DNA from: Vicugna vicugna
Taxonomy: Eukaryota
Length of the DNA: 64,000 nt
Assembly (NCBI GenBank): GCA_013265495.1
Contig: MU062453.1
Location: 930,001 to 994,000, forward strand
Reading direction: 5' to 3'
This document shows, one piece after another, positions 36,877 through 48,166 of this stretch; the stretch's first letter is position 1, and each line of letters begins with the position of its first letter. The notes under the pieces were generated by a model. That model was not told the DNA's origin. It saw nothing but the letters and a program-made list of their open reading frames with translations, and searched no databases. The translations under genes and the position numbers were made by a program.

Positions 36877-37379
36877 CACACATCTCTCATTTGAAATCAG
36901 AAGCTACAAATAATGAAGCTTAGTGATGAAGCCATGTAGAAAGTTGAGGGAGGCCAAAACTGGACCTCTTTCACCACCGAGCCAGCCCTCATGGGTGACT
37001 TGGAGGAGTTCAAGATTTCAGTGGAGGAAGCAGCTGCAGGTGTGGTGGAACTAGCAAGAGACCTAGAATTGGAACATTGGAAGACGTGACCAAGTTGCTG
37101 CAATCTCATGGTTAAACTTTCACGAAGAGTTGCTTCTTACGGGTGAGCAAAGAAAGCGGTTACTTGAGATGAAATCTACTCCCAGCAAAGATAATGTGAA
37201 GGTTCTTGAAATGACAGCAAAGCATTTAGAATATTACATTAACCTAGTTGATAAAGCAGTGACAGAATTTGTGACAGCTGACTCCAATTTTGAAAGAAGT
37301 TCTACTGTGGGTAAAATGCTGTCAAACTGCATTACACACTACAGAGAAATCGTCCGTGAAAGGAAGAGTCAACCAATGC

Positions 37380-37683
37380 NNNNNNNNNNNNNNNNNNNNN
37401 NNNNNNNNNNNNNNNNNNNNNNNNNNNNNNNNNNNNNNNNNNNNNNNNNNNNNNNNNNNNNNNNNNNNNNNNNNNNNNNNNNNNNNNNNNNNNNNNNNNN
37501 NNNNNNNNNGTAACCATCATCTGANNNNNNNNNNNNNNNNNNNNNNNNNNNNNNNNNNNNNNNNNNNNNNNNNNNNNNNNNNNNNNNNNNNNNNNNNNNN
37601 NNNNNNNNNNNNNNNNNNNNNNNNNNNNNNNNNNNNNNNNNNNNNNNNNNNNNNNNNNNNNNNNNNNNNNNNNNNNNNNNNNN
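37380..37683. other. Two N runs (37380-37509, 37525-37683) separated by a 15-nt island, inside Tigger1
   Basis: Read directly from the sequence. Confidence 0.99.
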
Positions 37684-38968
37684 ACTTGCTTTATTTCGAT
37701 ATTCGCTTTATTGTGTGCAAGAGATGCGTGTTTCTAAATACCTCATTCAGAGCCTCATATGCTCATTCTTTCCTCTTCTTTTCATCTCCCGATAATCCTG
37801 CCAGCAGGAATCAGCATTTTATTTTGTAAGGGAGGAGACTTTCAGGCTGGGGTTGGAGGAGACACTGTCCAGGCCACCCAGTAATGAAGCAAACCATTTG
37901 GGACTCCAGCCCAAAATCCATCATTTTTACCTTACTAAGCATTCTCTTTATTTATGGGGCTGAGTGGGGGAGAAGGAGGGAAACCACAATTACAGAACCA
38001 TCCCCAGAACGAGAAGTGTTCTTTGAAAAAAAAAACGCAGATTTAAATAGTATCGAAATACTATTTTACCCCTATAAGATTAGCAAAGATAAGCAAAGTT
38101 TATTACATTTTAAATAAAAATATAATGTATGGGCTACTGATGTTGGATCAGCCCCCTCCCTTAATACAATCCCTTCTCCAGCCCCTCGCTCATGAAATTG
38201 ATGTCTCTGCTTTGGGGAAGCATGTCAGAGTTTGGCTGAAGCGGAAGGCAGATTTGTAACTGTGGCCTTTGGATAAGCAGGTCCCCCCACAAGAAGAGTG
38301 GCGAGCATGTCTTAGGGGTCAGTGGCATTATCTCTACAAAGAACAAATGGCTCATTCTACACCTTCGCCCCCAAATCCTGATAGACGTTTAAGCCATATA
38401 TGGAGCCAGTCCTTGGAATAGGGGGGTGGTAAACTGACTACCATCAGAGCCTGGCAGGAAGCATGAAGCTTGATGGCATGTGCAAAATATGAGACCTTCT
38501 TAGCCTGCCTTTCTCTCTCTCATTTTTGAATGTGTCCTAGGATGCAAAAACAACAAACAACACTAAAAAACACTGCAATGGAAAAACAGCATCTTAAAAC
38601 CAGCCACAGTGTCTCAGAGACAGTATGGGATCCGTGGTTACCTGGGAAGCACACAGATTGGGGATCCTGCGGGTGAAGCCTGTCATCACGTGGGAACTCA
38701 GGCATGTGGTTTCTAGATCATCCTGTTGATAGAGAGAAGCCATAAGCCTAGGGTTTTTTTTGTGGGGAGGGGACGGAATCTCCTGTTGTTTAAACAAAAG
38801 CAACCAATTTCAGATTTTTCTTTAAAATACGCAGACCAGGCAAGATTCATATGTAGGCTAACTTCAGCTCATAAAACCGCATGCTGTCTTGACTTACTGG
38901 CTCTCCTGTGGGTGACAAGGAAGCATCCTAATTATGTGTGCCTGGTGCTTCTTTTTCCTCCTTCCAAG

Positions 38969-39085
38969 GCATCAAGACAGAAGATAGCTTGAACCATTCC
39001 CCCGGCCAGAGTGGATTCCTCAGCTACGGCTCCAGCTTCAGCACCCCACCCACTGGACAGAGCCCATACACCTACCAGATGCACG
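38969..39085 (+). CDS. EYA2: EYA2 exon 5 (117 nt), (S)[38 protein letters not shown](G)
   Basis: Acceptor cttctttttcctccttccaag|GC, donor ACG|gtgagt at 39086. In frame with exon 4 and matches the EYA2 IKTED...YQMHG segment in ORF 38938..39123. Confidence 0.98.
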
Positions 39086-42000
39086 GTGAGTGTGGCGCTG
39101 CGGCCCCTTCCAGCCGTCTCTAATTCACTGCCTGAGTTGAGTGTCCAGTCGTTCATTCGTTTATTCAGCAATTTTTTGGAGTACCTACTATGTGCCAAGA
39201 TCTATCTCAAGAGTTGCTGTGGTGGGCAGAGGAGATATGACTCATGGCAATTCCAGAGCAGGAGGGAGAGACTGACAATAAACCAGGCAGCAAGTAGACG
39301 GTGAATTTTGGAAGGGGTTGAATGCAATGAAGCAAATAAACACACTCTTTGCATAGACAGTGATGGGTAGTTGTGGAGTCAGGAGAGGTGGGACAGGTAA
39401 CTTTAGACAGAGTCATAGGGAAGGCTCTTTGAAGAGGTGACGTTGGACAGAGACCTAAAGTGTGAGGCAGAAACAGCTATGCGCAGACCTGGGGAAAGAG
39501 CATTCAGGCAGAGGGAGCAGCTCATACAAAAGCTGTGTGAAGAGAAGTGTCTTAATGTGTTTGAGGCAGAGAATAGAGGCCAGTGAGGCAGGAGCAGGGT
39601 CAAGGGGATGTAGGAGGAGAGAGTCTTGGGGGAGGGCAGGGCCGAATCATGTAGAGCCTTGAGGGCTGTGGGAAGGTGCTGACTTTGATTTTAAGTGTGA
39701 TAGGACAGGAAGGTCCATTGTAGACTCAGAAAAATGCCAGCTGTGGGGAATACTGGATAGGAGGGAGGAAAGGAGCTCTTATCCCAGGCAGGAGGTTCTG
39801 GGCGCTGCATCCCCACTGGGTAGCCCCAGGGAAGAAACACCAGTGTGTACCTCCCACCCTGCACACCCTAAAAAACTGGCTTGCTGGATTTTCCTGTACC
39901 CACCTCCACTCTTTCACCATCCAAGTAAAAGGAGGAGAAGAGACTGAGGCATGAAGGAAATGCCTGATCTGCCCGGGATCAGGGCAAGGAGTTTAGATTT
40001 TACTGCAGGTGCAGTGAGAAATGGGCTGTGTCAGGTCTCTTGGGGATCTGGTGGATCCCCAACTCCCAGCCTCACTCAAAGTCTGCTCCTGTCCTTGGTA
40101 CTCTCCTGCCTCCTCTGTTTCTGCTCTCACCTCTTTCTCCCACAGTGGCCTTTCTGGGTCCCACAGAAGGGTATAAGCTGCTGGGACCCATCTTCAAGTG
40201 GGGGAGTGAATTATGGCACCAATCCTGATGATAAAGGCTTGTGAAGACACTGAACTGGGACTTGCATTTGGGTCAGTCTCAACCAGTTTGTTTCAGCTCT
40301 TACAACAGAAACAGAACTGACTGCCTTGGGGCTTCTAAGGCTACAGAGGTTGAAGACAAACACGGCCTACCCTCCTTTAGTCTGAGACGCCCACCCCCTA
40401 CCCTGCTCCAGTGTAATAAGTGAGTTTAGTTACGTAGGAGTGGGTCCCCATCCATCCATTCATTCCTTGTGTATTACTGAGGCACTTGTAGGCACTGGAA
40501 ACACAGCAGCCAATAAAGACAGTTCCCTCATGGAGAGAGACAGACAGTGATCAAGTAAATAAATTGATCCTTACAGATTGTGATAAATCGTGTGAAGGAC
40601 AAAGACAAGGTGGTGTGTGATGGGCAGTGATGAAGGGAGTGGTGATGGACATTACCCAGGAGGTTAGGGAGACCTGAGTGATGGAAAGGAGCCAGGCACA
40701 TGAGTAGCTGGAGACAGGACAGCCCAGGCAGAGGGACCAGCAAGAGCAAAGGCCCAGAGTCAGGAAAAGGCTTGTAGTGTTAGAAGACGCCAAAGGAGAG
40801 CCAAGAATCTGGGTGTAGTAAGTAGCGGAGATGAGACTAGGAAGTGAAGCAGGAGCCCCCCCACCCACCCCGGATGGGGGCATATGTTATTAGAATATGT
40901 TATTTCTTCTCTGATCCTTATAGCAGTCACATGAGGTGGACCCCACCAGCTCTGCTTTACACACGATGAAAGTGAGGCTCAGAGCGGAGAAATGACTCGC
41001 CTGAGAGCCCAGAGCCACTAAGTGTGCAGAGCTGGAATTCAGGGTAGAATTCCAGAGCCTATGTCGTTTCCTCCAACAGCTATTTCCTGTATCCTTCAGG
41101 AATCCATATTCCATCCCAGCTCTGCATACACACGATTCCTCTTGATCTTGCCAATAGCTCTAAGACGTAGGTTCTATCATTGTCCCCATCTTACAGGTGG
41201 AAAAACTGAGGCACAGCATGGTAAAGTAGCCAAGGTCACATGGTTGTGGCCATGGGATTTGAAACTAGGCAGTTACACTCCAGAGCCCAGGCACGTAACC
41301 CCAACGCCAGCCTGCCCTCCACACTCTCCCAGATCCATCTAGAAGACGATCCTGCATGGACGAGCCCTGGCAGAGCCTTGCCCCCCACCTCCATCCCCAT
41401 CAGCCTCTCACAAATGGAAAAACATCTCCTGTTCTGTTCCCACCCGACCATGGGAATAATCCAGGTTATTTTCTTATCGCCCTCGTGGCCCAGATGCCAG
41501 CTGGACTTTGTCCCAATTAACTGCCTTTGGTCTGATGCTAATGGCCATAAACTGCTCTTGAGACAGCCCAGGCATTTTGCAAGCCTGACATAGTCCTCCT
41601 TAAGTATTTTTTTTTCAAACACAAACACACAGAAGGCTCACACACCATGCCCATGTGCTTCCTATTAACTTTTTTTTTTCAAGTTGTTCCAGAGGAGAAA
41701 TAAACTCTCGAACTACTCTGTGCACATTTCAGAGCAGAAGACGTTGGTGGAGTTTAGTTTTGGGGTTGGGGGGGCAACAAAGAAGGGAATAAAGAGGGAG
41801 ATGGAGACTGAGTTGTAGGCCTGAAAGCACCGACTTGGAGTAAAACTGGTCTGTGTTTAGAAGCTGGGCTGAGTCCTTTTCCTTCCTAAGAATGAAAATC
41901 ATAACTATGTAGCAGCAAGAAGAACCTCGGTCAGGAGCACCCCACCGTTTACAGTGAGGCACCGCAGCTGCCTGGCTTGCTTAGGGTCACAGAGCCAGCA

Positions 42001-43059
42001 CTAGGTAAGCCCAGGGGCCTCCCCCTGGGTCTTCTACCTGATTTCATCAACTTCCAGAAACCTCAGCAGAGCCCCAAGGCCCTGGTTGGAGATGTGTATC
42101 TGCATGGATAACACTGCCTCCCCACCAAATGTACAGTGAACGTTAAAAAGAAGAGTTCACAGCCGTTCTTCAGCCATTTCATGGTTGTTTGTTTTCTTTT
42201 TTTAAGTTCACCCAGGGGTTTTTTATAGCTGAAATATATTTCTTAGGGGGTTGATTTTTTTGTTGTTGTTCCATTTTGGCTTCTCCTGCTAAAACACCGC
42301 TGTTCACAGAAATGACCAGAAAGATTAAAAAGAAAAGAAGAAACATCTTGCGAGTATGTCGTAAGACCTTGCTGGTGCCACAGAGGGGTTGGATGCCCCC
42401 CCCGGGGGGGGCTGTTGGGGGACTAGGTGGAATGGTCATGGGCACATAGATGAGGTCCGTAACGGCAGAGTGGACTTTCGTTTCTCTCATTGATTTTGTA
42501 ACATGATCGTTGAAAGCCATAACTGAAGTCAGGCCACTTAACTTCCCAGTTGTGTACTCGGTGTACGAGCATGTGACCTTGAGCCACGTTTCTTCTTAGA
42601 ACGTCAGTTTCTTCCCCTGTAAAATGGGAATACAAGTAGGACCTGCGCATGGGGCGCTGCAGTAATTAAATGAGTTAATGTACGTGCAGTGTTTAGAATA
42701 GCACCTGGCAAAACTAAGTGCTCTACAAATGTAAAATATTATTGTTACCCTAAACTCAGATTTGATGGTCTTATATTTTTCCCCAGTTCACTTCTCTTTC
42801 CTGAACTCTGTGTTTTAGGAAGTTGTTGTGGTAAGAGAAAGACCAGTTTGAGACTTTTGAGCCATCGACATCAGCACAAACGCCCCTTTTGGTGAAATCC
42901 GCATTATAAGGCTGGGGCCGGCACGGGGCTTAAAAACCGTGGGAGTGCCCTCTTCTATGGGAATTCCTCTTATATTATACCAAAGGCAGGGAAAACCCCT
43001 ACTTTCCCCCATCAATCCCATTATTTTAGTGCAAGATTTTGCGCAACGCATGGCCTCTC

Positions 43060-44150
43060 AGAATTTAGCAAAAATACTTGTACGTATTCTTGTGTTCGTA
43101 GGTAACATGCTGTACACACTCTCTGCACTTTGCTTTCTTCATTTAGGTGTGGACCTTGGAGAACTTCGTAAGTCAATATATAGAAAGAGCTTCCTCATTC
43201 TTTCCGCAGATGCCTATTATTCCTTTGAATGATACGCTGTAAATGATTTAACCAGTTCCTTATTGGGTGTTTCCAGTCTTTTGCAATTACCATCAATATG
43301 GCTTTGAATATCCCTGTATGTCCATTGTTTTGTTTTTCTGCAAGTGTATCTGATGGGCAAGTTTCCAGCAGTGGAATTCAGGGTCAAGGGGAAAGTACAT
43401 ATTTAAATTTGGTAGATATCTCCAAGTTACCCTCTGTAAGGATTCTATCCATTTAAACTTCTACCAGCAGTGTCTGAGAGTGCCTGTTTTGCCAACCCAG
43501 TGTCATCTAATTATTGGAGTTTTTGTCAGTCTGATGCATGAGAAAATGGTATCTCAGTGTGGTACCAGTTTCTAAGTGTGTCTTACAAGTTTGAGCATCT
43601 TTTCAGATCTTTGACCAATTTGTGTTTTCTTTTCTGTGAACTAGGGGATTAGACTTGAAAAACTACCAAAAAGAGTGGTGCAGTACCAGCCATACCAATA
43701 TTGAAATATATTATAAAACTTCTGGTTCTGATATTTAACTAGACTAACTGGCTAATAGAGAAGGCTGAACAGTCCAGAAAGAGACAAAACATAGGGCAGA
43801 TGGCATCCAAGTCAGCGGGGAAAGATGGAATATTCAGTGAGTGGTGTTGGAACAACTGGTTAGCCATCTGGGAAAGAAAAAAAAAAGATCCACTCCTATT
43901 ACTGTATACAAGAAGAAAATCCAAATGGATCGACAGTTTAAATGTCAAAAGTAAAACTATAAAAGTACTAGAACAAGAATGAACAAACTTTTTATAACCT
44001 TGGAGTGGAAAAGGCTTTCCTAACCATGATTCAGAAGTCCAGACGCCATCGATGAAACGATTGACAAGTTTGAGTCTAGGTGCTTTTTTGGTTTTGGTTT
44101 TGGTGCCGCAAAGAACACCAAAGTAAAAGTCAGAACGACAAAAGCAAACA
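43060..44150. mobile_element. Old L1M with opposite-orientation halves (minus-strand 3' part about 43060-43640; plus-strand ORF2 part about 43645-44150)
   Basis: ORF 43800..43982 (GKDGIFSEWCWNNWLAIW..DP..YT...SKWIDSLNVKSKTIKVLE) is L1 ORF2. 43200-43640 is the antisense ORF2 end/3'UTR (gtggaattcagggtcaaggg...gagaaaatggtatctca...ttgagcatcttttca). Confidence 0.75.
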
Positions 44151-45261
44151 AACAAAACAAAAAACAAACTGGTATCAGATCTAATCAGAAACGAACTGTC
44201 GTTCTCTTTCAAATGATCCTACAGTTCTATGAATTAAACTGCTCTGAGATGTGATTCTTCTAAGTAAAAGAAGCTGTTCTGTTCCCAGGAGTGGTGGGAT
44301 CTGTGGCAAATTGGAGAGTACACGCCCATCGAAGTTGGTGGGTGGGGTGGTTATTTAGCTTTAGCTCATTGCTGCCACACTGGAAAGGGACCCCAGAGAG
44401 GTCAGATCTTCCCATTTTTCAAGGTAATCCTCAAAAGTATATTAATATAATATCTCATTCTTCCCAACATTGACAATGGGTTTAAGTAATCTTTAAAACA
44501 CCTTGTGAAGCAGACAGACATGTATGTGGCTGGTCTTTGTGCCTCTGTGTTGCAATCTGGTTCCGTATTTTAACTGAACCATAGATAATGAGACCAGAAA
44601 TGGAAGGAGAAAATTCCAAGCCAAGTGGTGACTTGCGGAGCCAGAAAGATCACCCCTTTTGGTTTCCACCTCTGGCTTATTTTAGTCAGTGAGGCAAGTC
44701 CCAGAGGACTTGGGTGATAGGTGTGGTTATAGCCAAATTGGAACCCAGTGGCCTCCTAGTGGGCTAGAGTATTTCCCTATTTCTTCTTGGCAGCAGTGAC
44801 TTTGAGGCTGTCCCATCCCAGCCAGTTTTGAGCAGGCTAAGTCTGCCCGGTCTCCCTGTGTCGGTCAAGACAGGAGCCAGGCTTGGCATCCCACGGGTTC
44901 CTGGACTGAGGTCAAGTTTCCTGGTGTGAATCAGCAACTCTTTTGCTCACGAAGACTTGGATGAAGTTTTCCGGTACCTGTCGGCACTCTTGTGCATGCA
45001 GCTCCTCCCCCTCGGCGGTTACCTTCTTGTCACCTTCACGCGTGTTGGCAGGCCTGCTGCCTCCTGCTTGTGCTGAAGTCTTCTGGATTTAGGACATGTC
45101 GCGGTTAAATGGATGGTCTTTTCCTCCAGTTTGGTAACGAGGTTGATTTGGTCACCCCTGTCTCCCAGTGATGGCTGGAGGTGACAGGTGAAAACAGCTG
45201 GAGAGACTGAGAGTTAGTTGGGAGATTTGGAGGGAGTTTGATAAACAGCAATTCACTAAGG

Positions 45262-45456
45262 CAGCACTGGCCCGTGTGTGATGATGGAAACGTTCTTTAT
45301 CTGCATTGTCCAGCGTAGTAGCTGCCAGCCACAGATGGCTATTGAGCATGGGAACGTGGCTAGTGCAACTGAGGAACTGAAGTTCTAATTTTGTTTGATT
45401 TTAGTTCATTATAATGTGAATGTAAATGGCTAGTGGCTGCCGTGTTGGGCAACGCA
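45262..45456. mobile_element. MER3 (hAT-Charlie)
   Basis: gtgatgatggaaacgttctttatctgc...tagctgccagccacagatggctattgagc...tggctagtgcaactgaggaactgaa...ggctagtggctgccgtgttggg. Confidence 0.82.
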
Positions 45457-45525
45457 ACTCCAAGGGATGAGTGAAGCCAACTCTTAACTTGATTCTGCTG
45501 GAGTTGGGTCAGTGTGATTAGCAGG

Positions 45526-45885
45526 CACGATGGACTGGATGCTTAGTCCCCCCAGAATGCATAGTTGAAGTCCTAACCCACCAGGTGATGGCATTTGGAG
45601 ACAGGGCCTTAAGGGTGGGGCCATCTTGATGGGACTGGCGTCCTTACAAAAAGAGGAAGAGAGAGAGATCTCTTTCTCTGTCCTCTTGTACACACTGAGG
45701 AAAGGCCATGTAAGGACACAGCGAGAGAAGNNNNNNNNNNNNNNNNNNNNNNNNNNNNNNNNNNNNNNNNNNNNNNNNNNNNNNNNNNNNNNNNNNNNNN
45801 NNNNNNNNNNNNNNNNNNNNNNNNNNNNNNNNNNNNNNNNNNNNNNNNNNNNNNNNNNNNNNNNNNNNNNNNNNNNNNNNNNNNN
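45526..45885 (+). mobile_element. MLT1A-type LTR, 3' part inside an N run
   Basis: gatggactg...gttgaagtcctaaccc...gtgatggcatttggagacagggcctt...aggccatgtaaggacacagcgagagaag, followed by N. Confidence 0.8.
45731..45885. other. N run (155 nt) inside an MLT1A LTR
   Basis: Read directly from the sequence. Confidence 0.99.
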
Positions 45886-47232
45886 CCTCAGAAGGCAGTT
45901 GAGGCCTGTGAGTGGTGAGCAGCCTGGACACCAGGGCTGTTTACACCCAGGCTCTCAACCCCATCAGACCCAATGCCCCCCATCCCCACTTTTTATAACA
46001 AATGTCCTAGAAAGCCACTTCACTATCTTGAAATTTAATTCATACATAATTGAACCTACTTATGTGTATCTTTTTAAGTCAAGCAGAATGCCCTTACTGT
46101 AACATAATTTATAAACTGTATAGTTGAGCATGTAACTGCACAGCCATGACCCAGACAACATAAATGAAATACTCAGACACAACCACATGAAGACTCACGA
46201 GCTAGTGGCTGATGAGCTGAGTTCTACGGCCAGGCAGATACCTTCAGGGTGTGGCCATCGGCAACTTGAACTTCCATCATGGTAGACAGGTCTTGGTGAA
46301 ATCCGAAGGAAACAAAGGATGGCTGTCCTTCTACTGACAGTGGTAGCATCACTGTGAAATGACCCTGAAGGAGTGACAGCCTCTAGGGACATGTTATCCC
46401 AGAGGTCACGGGGATAAGGCTCCCAGAACAAATGAAGATGCTCAGATACCATGGTTTATTTATTAAATCGACTTCAAACAAGTTGACACATGAAGGACAG
46501 AGTCCAAGGAGGTGGAAGGGCTGCACGGCCTGGACCCCGGGTTCTAGATTTGTCCTGTCTCTCGTTCTCTCAGCCCCATCAGCCTTCCTGGTGATGGTGT
46601 GTGTGGTCAGTAGGACCGGAACTGAAGCTGAGCAGGGGCTCAGCGGCTGAAAGGTGCTTGGAGCCAGCCCACCACCGCGCTCAGGGAGACGCACAGGAGC
46701 AACTCTGCCTGGTTGCACTGTGGCTCCCTCGTCACGCAGCTGGGCAGTCCTGACTTTCAGCCGTATTTCTAGGGTTGAGGACACTTGGGGCCAGACGGGT
46801 TGTCACCAGTGGGGGTTTGACGTAACTGTCGGCTTGGAGGTATTTTACCTCTTCCTTTGGCTCCTTTCTGTCCATAAGTGACACTTGTCTTTCTTCCATC
46901 CTTTTTATCACATATTCCGTTTAGTACATCATACAACTTACTTTCTTATTCTCTGTTCTTCGCACATCTTTAGAATTTTGCCCGTATCTCACAAGCTACT
47001 TGCTTACTAAGTTTATATAACACTTCTTATGAGTTTCATGCATCCCATCTCTTTCTCTCATTTTCTCCATAGCATAATTGAATATTGTCAAATAGTGGAT
47101 TAGGAGGAACTGACAACACTGCAGTGTGGTACAGCTGCAGGTGAGCCCATAATAGTAGCATTACTGCAAAGTCTCATGTATCCACAAAAAAATCCTTTAT
47201 ATTTACGTGTAAAATGGACTGAAACGCTAGGA

Positions 47233-47456
47233 CAGGGATTAACAAACTTTTTCTGTAAAAGGGCCAGACAGTACCTATTTCAGACTTTTCAGGCCTTGGG
47301 GTTTTGTGCCAGTTCTCATAACTCTGCCCTTGTAACTTGAAAGCAACCATAGATGACCTGTGGATGAATGTGCAAGGCAGTTTTCCAATACAGTGTCATT
47401 TTCAAAAACAGGTGGTGGGCTGGATTTGGCCCTTGGACTGAAGTTTGCTGACCCCT
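47233..47456 (-). mobile_element. MER58A
   Basis: cagggattaacaaactttttctgtaaaagggccaga...aaaacaggtggtgggctggatttggccc...tttgctgacccct. Confidence 0.8.
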
Positions 47457-47544
47457 ATGTCATATGATCAGATATTGATCAGATAATTAAAGCCAAGTCT
47501 TTACCTGCATCAATGTCTGATGAGTTATTCAAAAGCCAGGTAGG

Positions 47545-47705
47545 ACCCAGGAAAGTCTTCATTTTGCTGGACTATTCCATGAATTGCAGAATGTCTAGCA
47601 CTCCCGTCACCTGCCCACTAAATGCTACTAGGGTCCCCAATAAAAGTGTCCCCATAAAATTCCAAGTGCCCTGAGTGGTACCACAATCCTCTTGAGAACC
47701 ACTGG
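47545..47705 (-). mobile_element. MER20-family fragment
   Basis: gcagaatgtctagcac...cccactaaatgctactag...ttgagaaccactg. Confidence 0.6.
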
Positions 47706-47897
47706 TTTACTTGGCAGCAGGTACAGGCAATGGGGAGAGATGGCTGTGTGTGCAGGAAAAGACTCTGTCATTCACTTAACAAGCATTCCTGAGCACCGGC
47801 TGTGTTCTAGACAGCGTGCTGGGTACTGGCCACACAGCCCCGAACTGACAGTCAAACCCTGCCTTTGTGGAATTTATATCCCAATGAGAGGATACAC

Positions 47898-48166
47898 TGT
47901 ATTAGCCTGGTCTAGTTTCCATAACAAAAAACCATAGACTGGGTGGCTTAAATGACAGAAATATATTTGCTCACAGTAGAAAGAGGCGCCAGCAGATTCG
48001 GTTTCTGGTGAGAGCTCTCTCTTCTCGGCTTGGATTAGAGCCCCAACCTTATGTCCTCACTTAACCCCATTACCTCCCTAAGGCCCCGACTCCAAATACA
48101 GTCACACTGGGGATTGGGACTTCAGTGTATGAATTGGGGGGAGATGTCACAATTCAGTCTATGACA
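47898..48166 (-). mobile_element. MLT1A-type LTR (internally deleted)
   Basis: tgtattagcc...ccatagactgggtggcttaaatgacagaaat...ccaaatacagtcacactgggg...acaattcagtctatgaca. Confidence 0.82.

Larger units (their letters stand above)
36442..37715 (+). mobile_element. Internally deleted Tigger1 (TcMar-Tigger) DNA transposon, partly N-masked
   Basis: TA|cagacagacc 5' TIR and tttgtggcaaccctg...ttactattgtgattg 5' region. Transposase C-terminal remnant in ORF 37130..37513 ([31 protein letters not shown]). 3' subterminal gctttatttcgatattcgctttattg. Confidence 0.9.

Noticed and set aside
37130-37379. Domesticated transposase (TIGD-like) exon
   Set aside because: The element is internally deleted and diverged, lacks the catalytic core, and shows no convincing splice sites.
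44880-45160. Minus-strand coding-like, mildly CpG-rich segment
   Set aside because: Translations hit stops within about 45 codons and match no family I recognise.
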